Shown here piece after piece: positions 39,708 through 52,800 of a DNA stretch of 64,000 nt. The stretch spans positions 1,178,001 through 1,242,000 of the forward strand of contig LSRY02000015.1 in the NCBI GenBank assembly GCA_001643675.2. The letters are read 5' to 3'. Source of the stretch: Monocercomonoides exilis PA203 (Eukaryota; Protista; Preaxostyla). The notes under the pieces were generated by a model that was not told the DNA's origin, made no database searches, and was given only the letters and a program-made list of their open reading frames with translations. Within the stretch, counting starts at the first letter, position 1; the number at the start of each line of letters is the position of its first letter. The position numbers and the translations under genes were made by a program.

Positions 39708-41641
39708 TTATTCTAAAATCTTAGATTTCTTTAAGAATTCCAAGATCTCACGAGCACAATCATCAACAATGTTGTTTGTAACTTCTAAGTCAAAGAATTG
39801 AGGCATAGGAGCAAGCTCTCCTTCAGCATTTTTCAAGCGAATGGCCAAAGATTCCTCAGTTTCTGTGCCTCTTTCAGTTAGTCTCCTCCTCTATTGGGGG
39901 GAAAAAAATGTTATTAAAGAAAGAAAGAAAAGAAAAGAAAAATAATTCATGAAAAATTGAAGTTCATAAATAAATTAATTAGAAAATAAAAAAAATAGAT
40001 AAAAGTTGTCTAATTGCAACAGTTGTGAGTGAATTGTTCAAAATGAAACAATTCATCATCAAGCATCAACAAATATTAAAATAACAATTTATAATTCAGA
40101 GGACAGAATATAAACAAACCAATTCATCTTTATCTACACTTATCCTTATAAATGCAGGCTTAATCGAATCCTTCCTCTCTTTTATCTGCCGGCATCCGCA
40201 TATGTCAATATCCATGATGCATATCTTCTTCTGCTCCTCTGTCACTCTCCTCACAGCCTCAACAGACGAGCCATAGTAATTGCCATGAACAGCTGCATGC
40301 TCCAAAAACAGTCCCTCTGAAACCATCTTGTCATATTCGTCTTGCTCCACAAAATGATACGCCACTCCATTCTCTTCACCCGGGCGAGGCTTCCGTGTCG
40401 TGTGTGACACACTGAAGCCAAAGGAGTCTGGATATTGCGCTATCATCGCTTTGATGACTGTTGATTTGCCAACACCCTTTTAAATAGAAGTTGAAGATGA
40501 TCGAATAAATATTGAGGTGTACATCATAATTTTAATATAAATAAAAAGATAAAATAAAATTTGTAATTTATGAAATATGAAATTGCTTCAAGAAAAACTA
40601 TTAACAAACCGAAGGGCCAGCAATCACGACTATTTTCGAGAAAGTTCCCTGATTCTCCGTTTCAGATGAAGAAGTGGAAGATGAAGATGAAGGAGTAGAG
40701 GAAGAGGAAGAGGAAGAGGTGCTTTGTTCACCAGCTAATTTATTTGCTGGCTGTGAAGTGGATGATGGTTTAACAGCTGCACTTTTTGATTTTGGAGATG
40801 CAGCTGATTTTGAAGGAGAAGCAACTTTTCCTGTCGTCGAAGCTGCTTTTGACTTGGAAGCTGCTTTGGGCGTTGACGCAGCTTTGGCAGGAGACGAAGC
40901 ACTTGAACGTGCAGGCGCTGAGCTTCTGTGAGTTGCTGTTGATACGGTTGATGTTGTTTTTGCCAAAGGCTTTTTGGGAGACGTTGAAACGGAATGAGGC
41001 TTTGGCTGCGGAGAAGATTTCGAGGAATCAACAGATTTTTGTGAGACCGTTGACTTTGTGTGTGATAGCTCTTTTTGTTGAGGGGCTGTTTTTTGATTTG
41101 CAGCCGGTTTAGTTTGAGTTTCTTGTTTTGAATGTGGAGATGTGCTTTGATGATGTGGTTGATTGGAAGCAGATACAGAAGAAGATGCACTAGAAAGAGG
41201 ATGTGGCTTTGATTCCTTTTTAGGAGATGCAGCATGAGGAGTTACGGTGGATGCATGTTTTGGAGAAGCAGTCTCAGACGAATGAGCTTGATTACTCGGA
41301 GGAGCAGAGCCATCACGAGGCACCTTTTGTTCTCTTTTAATTGGCTCTGCATGAAGAGGAATTGGCTTTGGAGTGAAAGAATTTTTTGCGTTATATTGAC
41401 GTCGTGGAACACGTTTTGCATAAGGGGACGATGCCAACTTTTCATCAATATCTTTCTTTGTTTTTGGCTTTGCATGAGGTTCCTCTGGAGTTTCTTCTTT
41501 TGCCTCTTCTTTGGTTGTCTCTTCATTAGCTTGTTCAGAAGGAATTTCTTGAACATCTTGTTTCTCACTTTCAACATTTTCTGGAAGCTTTTCGTCTACC
41601 ACTTGCTGTTCATCGGTTGTTTCTTGTTTTTCTTCTTCCAT
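39708..41641 (-). CDS. GUK1: Guanylate kinase with ~330-aa low-complexity N-terminal extension, ~523 aa; exons 41641-40610, 40476-40120, 39890-39708
   Basis: P-loop IAGPS|GVGKST, SVSHTTRKPRPGEENGVAYHFV, FLEHAAVHGNYYG, MDID, LRRRLTERGTETEESLAIRL. Confidence 0.95.
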
Positions 41642-41997
41642 GGACAATCTCAAAAAAAATGTTATCTTTTTCGAAAGTCCCGAAATAGAAGAAAAACAGT
41701 TAATTATGGCCCATTAGTTATCATTAATTGAATTCTCTCATTTTTAAGAATATCAATAATCGAATTTTCGCTAAAAATACAATATATTATTCAAAAGGAA
41801 AGTCACACTACTTATATTGTTAAAAGTATCCTTCTTAGCACGAAGTATCAAGAACAAAAATAAAAAGTTTATAAATTGTTCAGCAAATGCTTAAAAATGA
41901 AATAAAAATTTAAAAATCAGAAGAAAATAAAAAGGAGATACAAAAAACAAATGTCTACACATTTACACAATACAAAGGTTTAATTCATTTCTATTCC

Positions 41998-44900
41998 TCA
42001 CAATTCTATTTCATCTGAGAGCGAGAGAGAAGGAGATGCTGAGCGATGATTCCTTTGGAGAAGTTGTCTTCGATGAGCCTATAAATATTATGGAGATTAT
42101 TAAAAAGCAAGGGGAAAAGCATATAGTTAATAAATAATATTCACAAGAAATAACGAAATGATAATAATAAAATTATATTTTATTAAAAAAATGAATTTCT
42201 TTCATTGTTATTAATTGCATACCTCAGCCATCCTCTTTGCTCTTTCCCTGTGCATCGAATATTCCTTCTTCCTCTTCTCCTTCTCCCTCGAAGACACGAC
42301 CTCGCCCAGTGACGCGTACCTCCTGTTTGTTATCTCCCTCATCTCCCTCCGCGTCACCACTGCCCTTTCTCCTCTGGCAAGCCTGTCAATCAGAGCAGCT
42401 GGAACAGACGAAGGAGAACTAACAGGAGTCGATGAACGAACTCTGAGTAATGAATCTGAAGGCGAAGAGGTCGCAGCGTGTGTGAGACGACGCGGCTGTT
42501 GAGACTGTTGTGGATATTGCTGTTGTTGCAGTGGGAATGTGGATGTTCGTGAAAGAGAACGCAAGCTGGGCGAGTTGGGCGAACGTGGAGTGGAGAAGTC
42601 TGCAATGAACTGCTGTGAGGGAGAAGGAGAAGAAGAAGGAGACGATGGAAAGCGGTGCAGTGGTAGAGGAGGCTTGCCGGAAGGAGGATAACGAGGCCTT
42701 TGAGGAAACTCTGGAGATTCGCAGCTGTTTTGGTATTCCTCTTTCTCCTCTTGCCTTTCATTTCTCCTGAGTTTTTCGTTCTCTTTGGCTTTCAGACTTA
42801 CTCTTTCTCTCTGCTCTCTCAATTGTGCCTCTTTCTTCCTCCTTTCTTCCTCTCGCTGCATCAAACGCTCCAACCTCCTGCGCTGATGCGGAAGAAGATC
42901 GTCTCTTTCGATCCAGGATGTGCCTGAAGAAGGAGCATCTGTGTTAAAACGAGTGAGCTCATGGGATGAAACAGAAGAGGAAGAAGAAGATGATGATGAA
43001 GAAAAGGACGAAGAGGAAGAAGGAGATGAAGGTGATGTTGAGGATGAGGAAGAAGAAAAATCCATTGGACTTTCGTGAAGCTGAGAGGACAATTGAGGAG
43101 GGGATGTTGAAATGCGCGAAAGAGAGTGCGGTGAATACTGCGAAGGTGTTTGAAATGAAGAGGAATAAGTAGAAGAAGAGGAAGACGAAGACGAAGACGA
43201 AAAAGAGGAGGAAGAGGAAGAAGAAGATGATTCAGAAGACGAAGTGTGTTGAATCGGAGGCTGAGTGAATGGCACAAGAGTACTTAGCGATTGTGAGCGT
43301 GGCTCCTTAAAAAGAGAAGACCAAGTATAATCAGAAGTAGATGATGAAGAGGAAGAGGAAGAAGATGGAGAAGGAGAAGGAGCAAGTGCCTGAGGTTGCT
43401 CACTTTCAGTGCTCACTTCCCAGGCAAGTGGACGTCGGCTTTCCCTTTCAGCCAAATTGCTTGAAAATAGGTTTGATTGACTAAGGTAATTCTTTGCTTG
43501 CTCTTTTGAAGAGCTTTTTGAAGGAGAATCATCAGTAATACTCTGTTTTTTGGTATCAAAGGCACTTTCAGTTGCAAAAGGCAGCTGTTTTCTATTTGAT
43601 GAATTGTATCCAATTGGCTCGTCTTCTTCAAACACAAATGCATCGTTCAAGCCATTCTCTTCATTTGCTTTCTCTCTCCTTTCACTTTTGAGCAAGTCAA
43701 ACGCACTTTCATCATTCGCTTTATTCATTTTTGGTGAATCCATATGGGATTTCTCTTGTTTTTCTTTACCATTTTCTCTGTGGGAATTTTGAGGGTTTTT
43801 GAAATTTCCATTCAGAGAAGCTTTGTATTCTCTTTGCACGTTCTCAGCTTTCTCAATTTTGGCTTCTTCGTTTTTCTTTTGCTTTGCTCTTTCCTTTTGG
43901 ATTCCATGCTTATACCCACCACCATTACTTCCAATATCATCATCTTCTTCATTATATTCATCTTCTTTTCCTTTCTCCTCCACTTCATCATCATCTTCTT
44001 CTTCCTCACCTTCTTCTTTCCCATCATCAGAATTACCCGAATCCTCCAAAAAGTTAAGTTCGATCTTCAGCCGCTCAATCAGCTCCAGAATTTTCATCTT
44101 TTTTGCTTCTTCTGAACGCTTGTTGTTCTTTGGTGAACGTCTTTTTTCATTTGAAATGCTTTCCTTTTCATTCTTCTTGTCTGGCGAGTCTGTTTTCATC
44201 TGCTCTTTCTGATTGCTCTGTTGTTGCTTTGTCTTGTTTGTAGAAATATATTCCATTTTCGCTTCTTTTCCCTCATCTTTTCCTCCTTCCACTTCTCTTC
44301 CCTTTTCTCTTTCAATTATCTCATTCTCTTTCGATTTGTCAAGGTTAATTTTTCCGTTCTGCTCAACAACAGGAATTTCAATACTATCTTTTGCTTCTTC
44401 TTCCTCTTCGTATTTCAGAAGAGGCATCGACAGCAGCGGAGCCTGCCTCAAATACGACTGATATGCTTCTTCTGTCTTGTTCCCTTGTCCATTTACCTTT
44501 GGAGAAGAAGAAGAAGAATCAAAAGCTTCTCTTTCATTCAGAGCGAGAATTGAAGGTGTTGTCAAAGGAATGGAAGAATTTTGCACAAATCGATTGAAAA
44601 GTGCAGATTGGCTGTCTGAACCAAACGAATGCTTCGCAAGAACAGCCGGCGAAGGAGACGGAGAATTATGAGGAGGCGCATAAAGTGCATGTGGAGTGCT
44701 GAACTGTGGAGAAGGGAAAGAAGATGTCATCTTCATCTGATGTTTTGTGTCTGTCAGAGGAGTGCTTGCTGTTTGAATTGGATGAGAAGAGAACTTATTT
44801 CGACCTTCTTTGGGGGATGAAACGAATTCAGCTTCTTTGTTCTCTTCTGCTTCCCCAACAATTGTATGCACAAAGAAATCATCTTTGCTCATTTCTCTCT

Positions 44901-47900
44901 CATTTCGTTCATCAATCCCACTTTCCACTGCTTCTGAATTTCTTTTCTTTTCATCTGTCTCTTCTCTCTCTGCGTATTCTCTCTCTTTCCATCTTCCTCT
45001 CATACTTCTTCCTCTTTCCTCCACTCGCCTCGCACTCTCCTTTTCGCTTCTCTCCTCTTTTCCTTTTTTGTGTTTCTTCTCTCTTCTCTGCTCGTTCCCA
45101 AGCAAATCCTCGTCAATCGAAGGCGAGCGCTTCGGAGACAAAGAATGGAACATTCTCATCCTGGGCGAGGGCGACGAGGAAGGCGGCGACGAAGCAAAAG
45201 GATGTGTTGGCAGCAGAAATGGATGCAAAGGCTGAGGAGGAGGAGGAGGTGTGCTGAAGAGATTGGGCAATTTGGATGTTTTGAAATGTGAATGAGGTGA
45301 GGTGAATGAGGAAGAAGAAGATGATGAGGATGAGGATGATGAAGATGAGGATGATGAGGATGATGAGGATGAGGAGGAGGAGGTTAAAGGAGAAGAATTC
45401 AATGAAGCAGGAGATAGAATAGAGGGAGATACAAGAGGAACAGAAGGTGCATGAGAAGAAGATGCTTTAGTGCCCGTCTCATTTGCTTTATTTGGTGATC
45501 TGAAAAATTGTTTGGTTTTATTTTCAGAATAAGAAGAATGTGATGGAGGAGGAGAAGGAGAAGAAGAATCTTTAATGGTATTCTTATTCGAATCAGATTC
45601 ATTAGCAAAGTTGTGAGTGCTCTCTGAATGTAATGGAGGAGTGATTGTCAGCAACCGATCGATGTCTTTCAGCTCTTCTGCATCTGAGTTTATCTCATCG
45701 TCTGAGCTGTCTTCTTCTTGCCTCTCATCTCCTTCATCCTCATCCTTCTCATCATTGCCATAATTATTGCCATCACTACCTTCTTCTTCCTCTTCCTCTT
45801 CCTCATAGTTGATAATATTCAGTTTGTTTTCATTTTCTGCTTCAAATTGAATTTCCATTTCCTCTTTTGCTTCAGAATCTTTTTTGCTATCAAACTGACC
45901 AAATGATTCTGCGATGTTCTCTTCATATTCTTTTTCTTCCATTGCTTGATACGTTTTCTGAATATCTTCACTTTTCCCTTTGATGTTCCGTCGAAACACG
46001 CTTTTTCGCTCATCGTGATTCATTTCACTGCCAGTCGGAGCAGAAATATCAATTTCATCAGTTTTCTCATTGTTATCCTCCTCCTCCCCCTCCTCATAAT
46101 CATCATTGTTATTACTAACTTCATCATTGTTATCATTATCCTGAGCACTTTCAATTTGATAAACAGAGCTTCCTCTCTCAAAACAACAATTTTTCCCTTC
46201 TTTCTCTTCTTCTGCTGTGTTTTCATCGCCAAAAAGGATTTCTCTCAAGACTTCATCGTCTATTTCGTTGTCTCTGTGATTTCGAAACAGCTCAACAGAA
46301 GAAAGTGTGAAGTCAAACTTCTTTTCCTCTCCTTCTTTTTCCTTCGGTGAGCTGCCCAATTCAAACGACCCATTATCCGTTCTCGTTTTGGCTTTATTTG
46401 TTTTGGTTTCAAATTTTTGGTCTTCAATTTTTTTTTCATTGTTTTTTGTTCTTTTGTCTTTTTGACTCTTTTCTGCATTCAACCTCGTCTTTGAATGTGG
46501 AGATGAAATCTGCAAACCCTTCTCATTATCTTTTTCTTCTCTTTTTGTGTTTATTTTCTTCGATCCTTTCTTTGGCAATGAAAATGACTCTTGCGAATCA
46601 AATGGTCCTTTAGTTTCTTTTGTCTTGATAAGTAATGATGATACTGAAGAAGAAGGAGAAGAAGTAGAAGGAGAAGAAGGCGATTCTATTGCTTTATGTT
46701 GAGAATACCGCTTTACCAGTTTTATTGAAGGGGGTGACTGAACCGGCAGCGGAGCAGCTGATGTTTTTTCCACAGGCAAAGAAGACTGTAGCACCTGTTC
46801 AGATGATGCTGAATGGAAATTCTCCTTTGGATTGAGTTCATCGTGTGAGGCATGTGAATAACGAGACGGAATAACAGAAGTGCGGAACATGCTTTTTGAT
46901 TGCTCAACGGAAGGATCTGCTTTAGCGCTGAAGAATGACTCGACTGCTGCTTTTTGAACTGAATGCTCGCTGAAGCTGTTTCTTGAAGAGCCTTCTTTTG
47001 ATGAGACAGCAAAGGAAGGCAAAGAAGAGGAAGAGGATGTTGGAGAAGATGGAGATAAAGCTACAGTGGAATGTGAGGGAGACGAATATGAATAAGGAGA
47101 ATTAAGCGATCTATTTCTGATTGATGATGATGATGAAGTTGATGTCGAGAACGATGATGATGACGATGAAGTGTTTGACTTCGCGGTCTTCTTTTCAAGT
47201 GGGAGATGACAAGCAACCTTCTGTTCAATTCCCAGTCTTATTTCGTCTTTGTGCTGCTCACTCTCTTTCTCTTTTGGCATCCCATTCTGTTTGCCTGGGC
47301 AGATACCTGCACAAACAGTTTCTAACGTAGGCGAATGTGCAAATGAATATTTGTCCTTTTCAGATGCATTCATTTTCTTCTGAATTTGTGGCTTACTCTC
47401 AAAACTTGCCATGTTGTTTGCCAAAACAGTGGAATTGTTTCGAGAAGAGCGAGAATTTGAAGAAGTTGGCGAAGAATAAGAAGAAAGAGGCGGAGAAGGC
47501 AGTGATGTTGTTAAGTTATGCATGGATGATTTTCGAGTTTGTGGAAACAAATGCGCTTGTGAAATTGCCGGTGATGTTGAAGAAGTTGAATTTCTCTGTT
47601 TTTTTTTTCGAATCTGTTCGATCATTTCATAATCGTCATAACTCATTTCCAATGGCAAATGACTCATAGATGGAGAAGGCATGTTGACTTTGAACTGTTT
47701 CAAAGGTTTAGCTGTCTTTGAAATTGTTTGATCCAATTCATTGAATCTAATAAAAAATCAAGATTTGAATTTCAATAAAGCAAAACATTGCAAATAATAC
47801 TTTTCATTTTGGTAAGAGAAATGACCATGAGTCGCCGGTGCAGGGTATTGCTCATTCTTAAAAGATTCACTGCTGGGAGATGCATACTTTCTGTCTTTTT

Positions 47901-48299
47901 CTTTTTTTAATAGACTTCCAATGAGAGCTTTTTCATCGAATGATCTTTGCTTTTCATCTCTCATCGTTGACAATCGCATCTGCCAAGCTGGTGCATCTTT
48001 CCTTTCATTTTCATCTTGCTCATCAATTCTCTGAAATTAAATTTATTTTTGAAAATTAGCAAGTTTCATTAAATAGATGAATTCGATTTCCATTTCAAGT
48101 TCATGAAAATATAAAAAGATCAATTATTAACGTTTGATGATTTCGCAAAAATAAATTTTAAATATTCAAAAAATGGATTATCGAAAGAAAAATTGTTAAA
48201 TAAAACCCAAACAATTGTTTCTCGTTCAGTAGTTTTCGATGAATTTTTAGTTGCAAAACAACCGTCACGTACTTTTGAGTGTGAAGTTGTACGATGCAT
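41998..48299 (-). CDS. ~1,950-aa low-complexity protein with a C-terminal ALMS-like motif (candidate centriole/basal-body protein); exons 48299-48273 (tentative), 48030-47801, 47746-42223, 42078-41998
   Basis: 1841-aa track ORF plus phase-compatible flanking exons. VTRREMREITNRRYASLGEVVSSREKEKRKKEYSMHRERAK resembles the ALMS motif consensus EM-x5-R-x-Y-x2-LPEV...NRxRA. Confidence 0.8.
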
Positions 48300-49815
48300 T
48301 TCAAGCCAATTTTAACGCACAACTATAAAAGAAATGTGTAATTACAAGTTAATCAAATAGAACAGTTTGCAGAAACATAGCATTTAAAACACAACAGGAA
48401 ATGAGAAATGCATGCACACTTAATAAATGGTAACAAACGCTACGCTTCTCAGAAAGAACAGATGACTGGCTATTCACCAAAATTGAAAATTTCAATGATG
48501 AAAAATTTTGCAATGGGTAAAGCTCAAAATGAAAATCGTTTATTTCAAGAGCAGCAAGTACGCAAAAACAATGTTAGCCAGATTTTGTGTTACTCATAAT
48601 TTTCTTACAACACTTTTCGGAAGAATTTACTTGAAAACTGCTTGATGGAACAATTGAATGACAATATTGATTCTTGCCTTGAATTCTGCCCACAAATTTC
48701 AAATTGACATAACGTGTTAAAAACCAACACAGAAAAGATACATGTCTTTGTGCATCGAGTTGTTGTATTGATTTAATCGTTTATTCAGCGAACACTTGGA
48801 CAAAGCAATAATATCAAGAGAGTTGAACTTCTTTTTGAAAGATCAGACGCTCACACCTTTCATTTGCATGGGTACCCAAAAGGAAAGTTGTGCCTACACT
48901 CACGGCAGCTATAACTATTGATGCTACAAATTGTGAACAAAAGGATTTTTATCAAAAATAAATCCATGAAATGAAAAAAGATATTGAGATGTCTTCATGA
49001 ACTTTCGCAATAATGAAAATTACTCTTGAATATTTATTTGAATTTCTGAAAAATATCAGCAAAATCTGTTCATAATGTTTTTCACGAATTGATTGCATGT
49101 GAGTTTGACTGGAGCAAAAGAATGTCAGCATCAGAGAACGAGGACATGATATAATTGCAAAAAGTTTCAAATAGATTCGAGCAATCTTCTATGATCATCG
49201 CTTGAATGTGTAAAACAATAAATTGAAGATTTGTTTTGGGGGAGAGATGGCGACTTTCCTAATCCTTGTTCTATCTCAAAAGAGAAAGTTAGCAATACCA
49301 ATAAACATGTTCAATTGATATCCCTTTCCTTTCGCACTGATTGCAACGCCAAAAATGAAAAAAATGACTGAAATCAAAAAGTACAGATTGTTTCTCAAAA
49401 AGTTCCAAAATTCTAACATGGTATTCTTGCTATCTCCAGAATTTTTTTGATACCAAAGTCTGTTTTGAAGCAATTCATTTTTTACAGAAAAACTAATAAA
49501 TTTTATTGTGTTATTTTTGATAGATGTTCAGATGCCAGTTCAAGGAATTCGATAAAAATGAATATTACAAAGCCAAACGAAGAATGGAATGATTTTTTCG
49601 AAGAGAACGAATCACATAAATTTAAAAGAAATTCAAAAAAAACGATGAAGCAACGATTATATGAAAATGCAAATGGAATGGAACGAAAGACAGAAATCAA
49701 TGAAATCGACGAGAAACACAAAAAGGTACGATCAAACCCATTTTAGTATTTATTTAACATTTATTCCCATTTTGTGATATTTATTGTATTTATCATTTTG
49801 AAGAAAGATTGGGGA

Positions 49816-52800
49816 ATGACAATTTTTTGCATTGCCATCTTTGTGATTGTAATTGTCTCGCACACAGAAGAGAAAGGAAGAGATGGGTTTGATAATCGGT
49901 CAATAACTGATTTCTACGAAAACGAAGGAAAGACGAATACGAGCGGTTCAGCATTTGCTTCTGCATTTGCGAATGAAAAAATCAGAAACACATTTATGAG
50001 AGATATTGTGAAGGATGAAATGCTGAAGGTTGCGAAAGTCGCCTCGCCGAGCGAAGAAAAGGGTGTTTTTGTGGTGAAGAATTCGAGTGTGCACTTTGAA
50101 GGAATGAAGATTGAATGCTCGAAGAATGCCTTCACTCTGAAAGCGAACGATAGATCCCTGATAGAGCTTTTTGCTTGTGAAATTGGAGGGATGGATCTGA
50201 GCAAAAAGCCATTTGGAGTTGGAAGCGGGAAGGCAATTATGGAAAATGTTTCAATGATACCAACAAGAGATTTTGGTTGCCTGGAGGCACCGCTGATTGA
50301 AGGAAACGAGTATTTGGAGTTTGTTTTGAGAGAATCTGTATTTGTTGATGCGATAATTGGAATGAAAGAGTCTTCACTTTTGTGTGGTGGATCGTTTGTG
50401 CGTGTCAGTGTGATGGAATGCAACTTCAAGAACATCACAAGAGGAAGAGCAGAAAATGGAAAACAGGAAGAACTGAAGCTTTTCGCAGAGACATGTGAAG
50501 TGTCAGGCAGTTATTTTGTGGACTGCTTCCAGCCATATTACGGAACAGTGGTGGCACCATCGAAGATTTCGTTCAGCTGCAAAAATACATCATATGTGGG
50601 CTGTGCCAACAGTGCAGTCGAAGAGAAAAACCAGACATTCAATGAAAGAAAAGTCTTCGCAGAAGGAGACATAAAAATTACTGATTGTTTTTTCAAATGC
50701 ACATCGCCAACTGAAAACGGTGGAGCTTTGAAAGTTGTTGGAGCATCAACAACATGCGAATTATTGCGATGCTGGTTCAATGAGTGTTCGTGTGGTAACT
50801 CTAATCCAGAATATGATTATAATGGAGGATGTACGTATTTCGAAAACGTTTTGAACTCAAAATTTTTTGATACAAATGCAACAAACTGTAATTCCTCATA
50901 TGTTTGTGGGGGGATTCATTTTAGAGGATCAAGAAATTATCAAGTCAAATGTTGCAACTTTTTGAATTGCTCGGCCCAATATTACAGTTCTCTGAGCATT
51001 TATAATGACAAGTCTGGAACTGTATCATCTTGTATCATAAAAAATGGTGAGGCCACAGAAGGAGCAGGAGGGCTTAATTATTGGTCTGGTTTCGGAATAA
51101 CCACAACAAGCGATTGCGTTATCACCAATTGTCATTCTGTTAGATATGGCGCTTTAAGTTTCAGATGGTCTAGTGGAGATCCAATTGGCGCACACATTTA
51201 TTTCATATTTTTCAGTGGAAACTCACTGAATAATAAAAGCCTTGGTGCAGATATTTCAACTCATGAAATATGGGTTGGAAAAGTATTAGATGAAGATGTT
51301 AAATACTGTTATTCGACAAGTGCCAATCTCCGAGCCACTGATGGGGGAGTGAACAAAACCGCATGGCTGCCAAATCCACCAACAGCGAGTGATTCATTTG
51401 CAGAGTTGTATGTGAGCTGGAGAAGAGGAGAAGACACAGTTGGGTGGGGTGATCGCACAAGACCGTTCAAAACAGTGAAGCATGCGTTGAGTGTGAGAGA
51501 GAGGCGGAAGATAACAGTGGTGGAGGGAGAATACGGAGAAATGAGTGTGAATGTTGGGGAATGCACGATGGTGTTTGATGGGGATCGAAGAGACAACTCG
51601 AAAGTGATATCTGAGAGGGTGATGGCAGGGTCTGGGCTGTTTGAAGTGACAAGTGGAGAATTGATGATGAGCAAGTTCAGTGTGATTCACAACTCGAGCT
51701 CATCGGCAGGATCGAGTGTGGTGAAGATGACTGGAAAGGGAGTTGTGGAGGCGAAGGAGTGTGTGTTTCAAAGCGAGTCAGAAGCACAGGCAAACCCGTT
51801 TCAGGTGGGGTTTGTGGAAGTGAGCGATGGGGTGGCGAAGTTTGCAGACTGCTTGTTTGCGAACATTGAGCTGAGGAGCACTGCGATGGTTGTGTGTGGG
51901 TCTGTTGGGAATGTGGAGTTTGTGCGAACAGAGTTTGGCAGGGTTGTGCGCGATGAAGGGAATGGGTCAGTGATGGACGTGAGGGTTGGGGATGGAGAAT
52001 GCCTGGAGGTGATGGAATGGAAGCTGGTTGGGTGTGTGTGCAGAGATGGAAATGGAGGGGGATTGAAGTGTGAGGTTGCAGAAGGCGGAGTGGTTGTTAT
52101 TGAGAACAGCACATTTGAGGGATGCGAGGCAAGGGGGAGTGAAGGGAAAGGAGGAGGGATGTTTATGAGTGTTGTTGGGGAGAACAGGGAAGATTGTTTT
52201 GCGGTGAAGGGGTGTGTGTTTGAGAGAAACAGGGCAGTGGAAGGGGCAGATATGTTTGTGGTATGTGAGGATTTGAATGCAACAATCCTTCCGAAACGGT
52301 TTGATATGGAGCTTGTGGGCGAAGATGGGGTGAGCAAAGTGGAGCTGCGAGGGAGGGATAATGGAAGATTTGCAAGGGAGAGTGTTGATTTGCTTCTGTT
52401 TCTGGTGAAGTTCAGCGGAGATGAGGTGCATGTGTCGGAAGGGAGCGGGATGGATGTTCTGGGGTGTGGGAAAGAGGAGATTGCATGTGGGACGCTTTGG
52501 TGTGGGATTGGGCATCTGAAGGAAGAGAGTGTGCAAGAAGAGCAGAAGGTTGTGGTGGGTGACAGATGTGTGGTGAGTGACTGTTTTGTGTTTGAGCGAG
52601 GAACAATGATATGTGGGCCTGAGGCAGAAGAAGCAAAGCAGGCGAAGATGCAAGTTGAATCGGAGCTGAAGAGCGATGGACGTGAAGCTGTGATGTGGAG
52701 TGGTGAGCGCCTGAGTGTGAGGATGTTTGTGATAAGTCTTCCGCAGGTGTTTGGAGCTGGGCAAAGCATGGTTCTGGGAACAGAAGGCGGGGTGGTGAAT

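Noticed and set aside
48400-49750. Possible decayed coding or transposon remnant (e.g. MLARFCVTHN, AAITIDAT)
   Set aside because: Too many stops and no convincing ordered motif set; needs TBLASTX.
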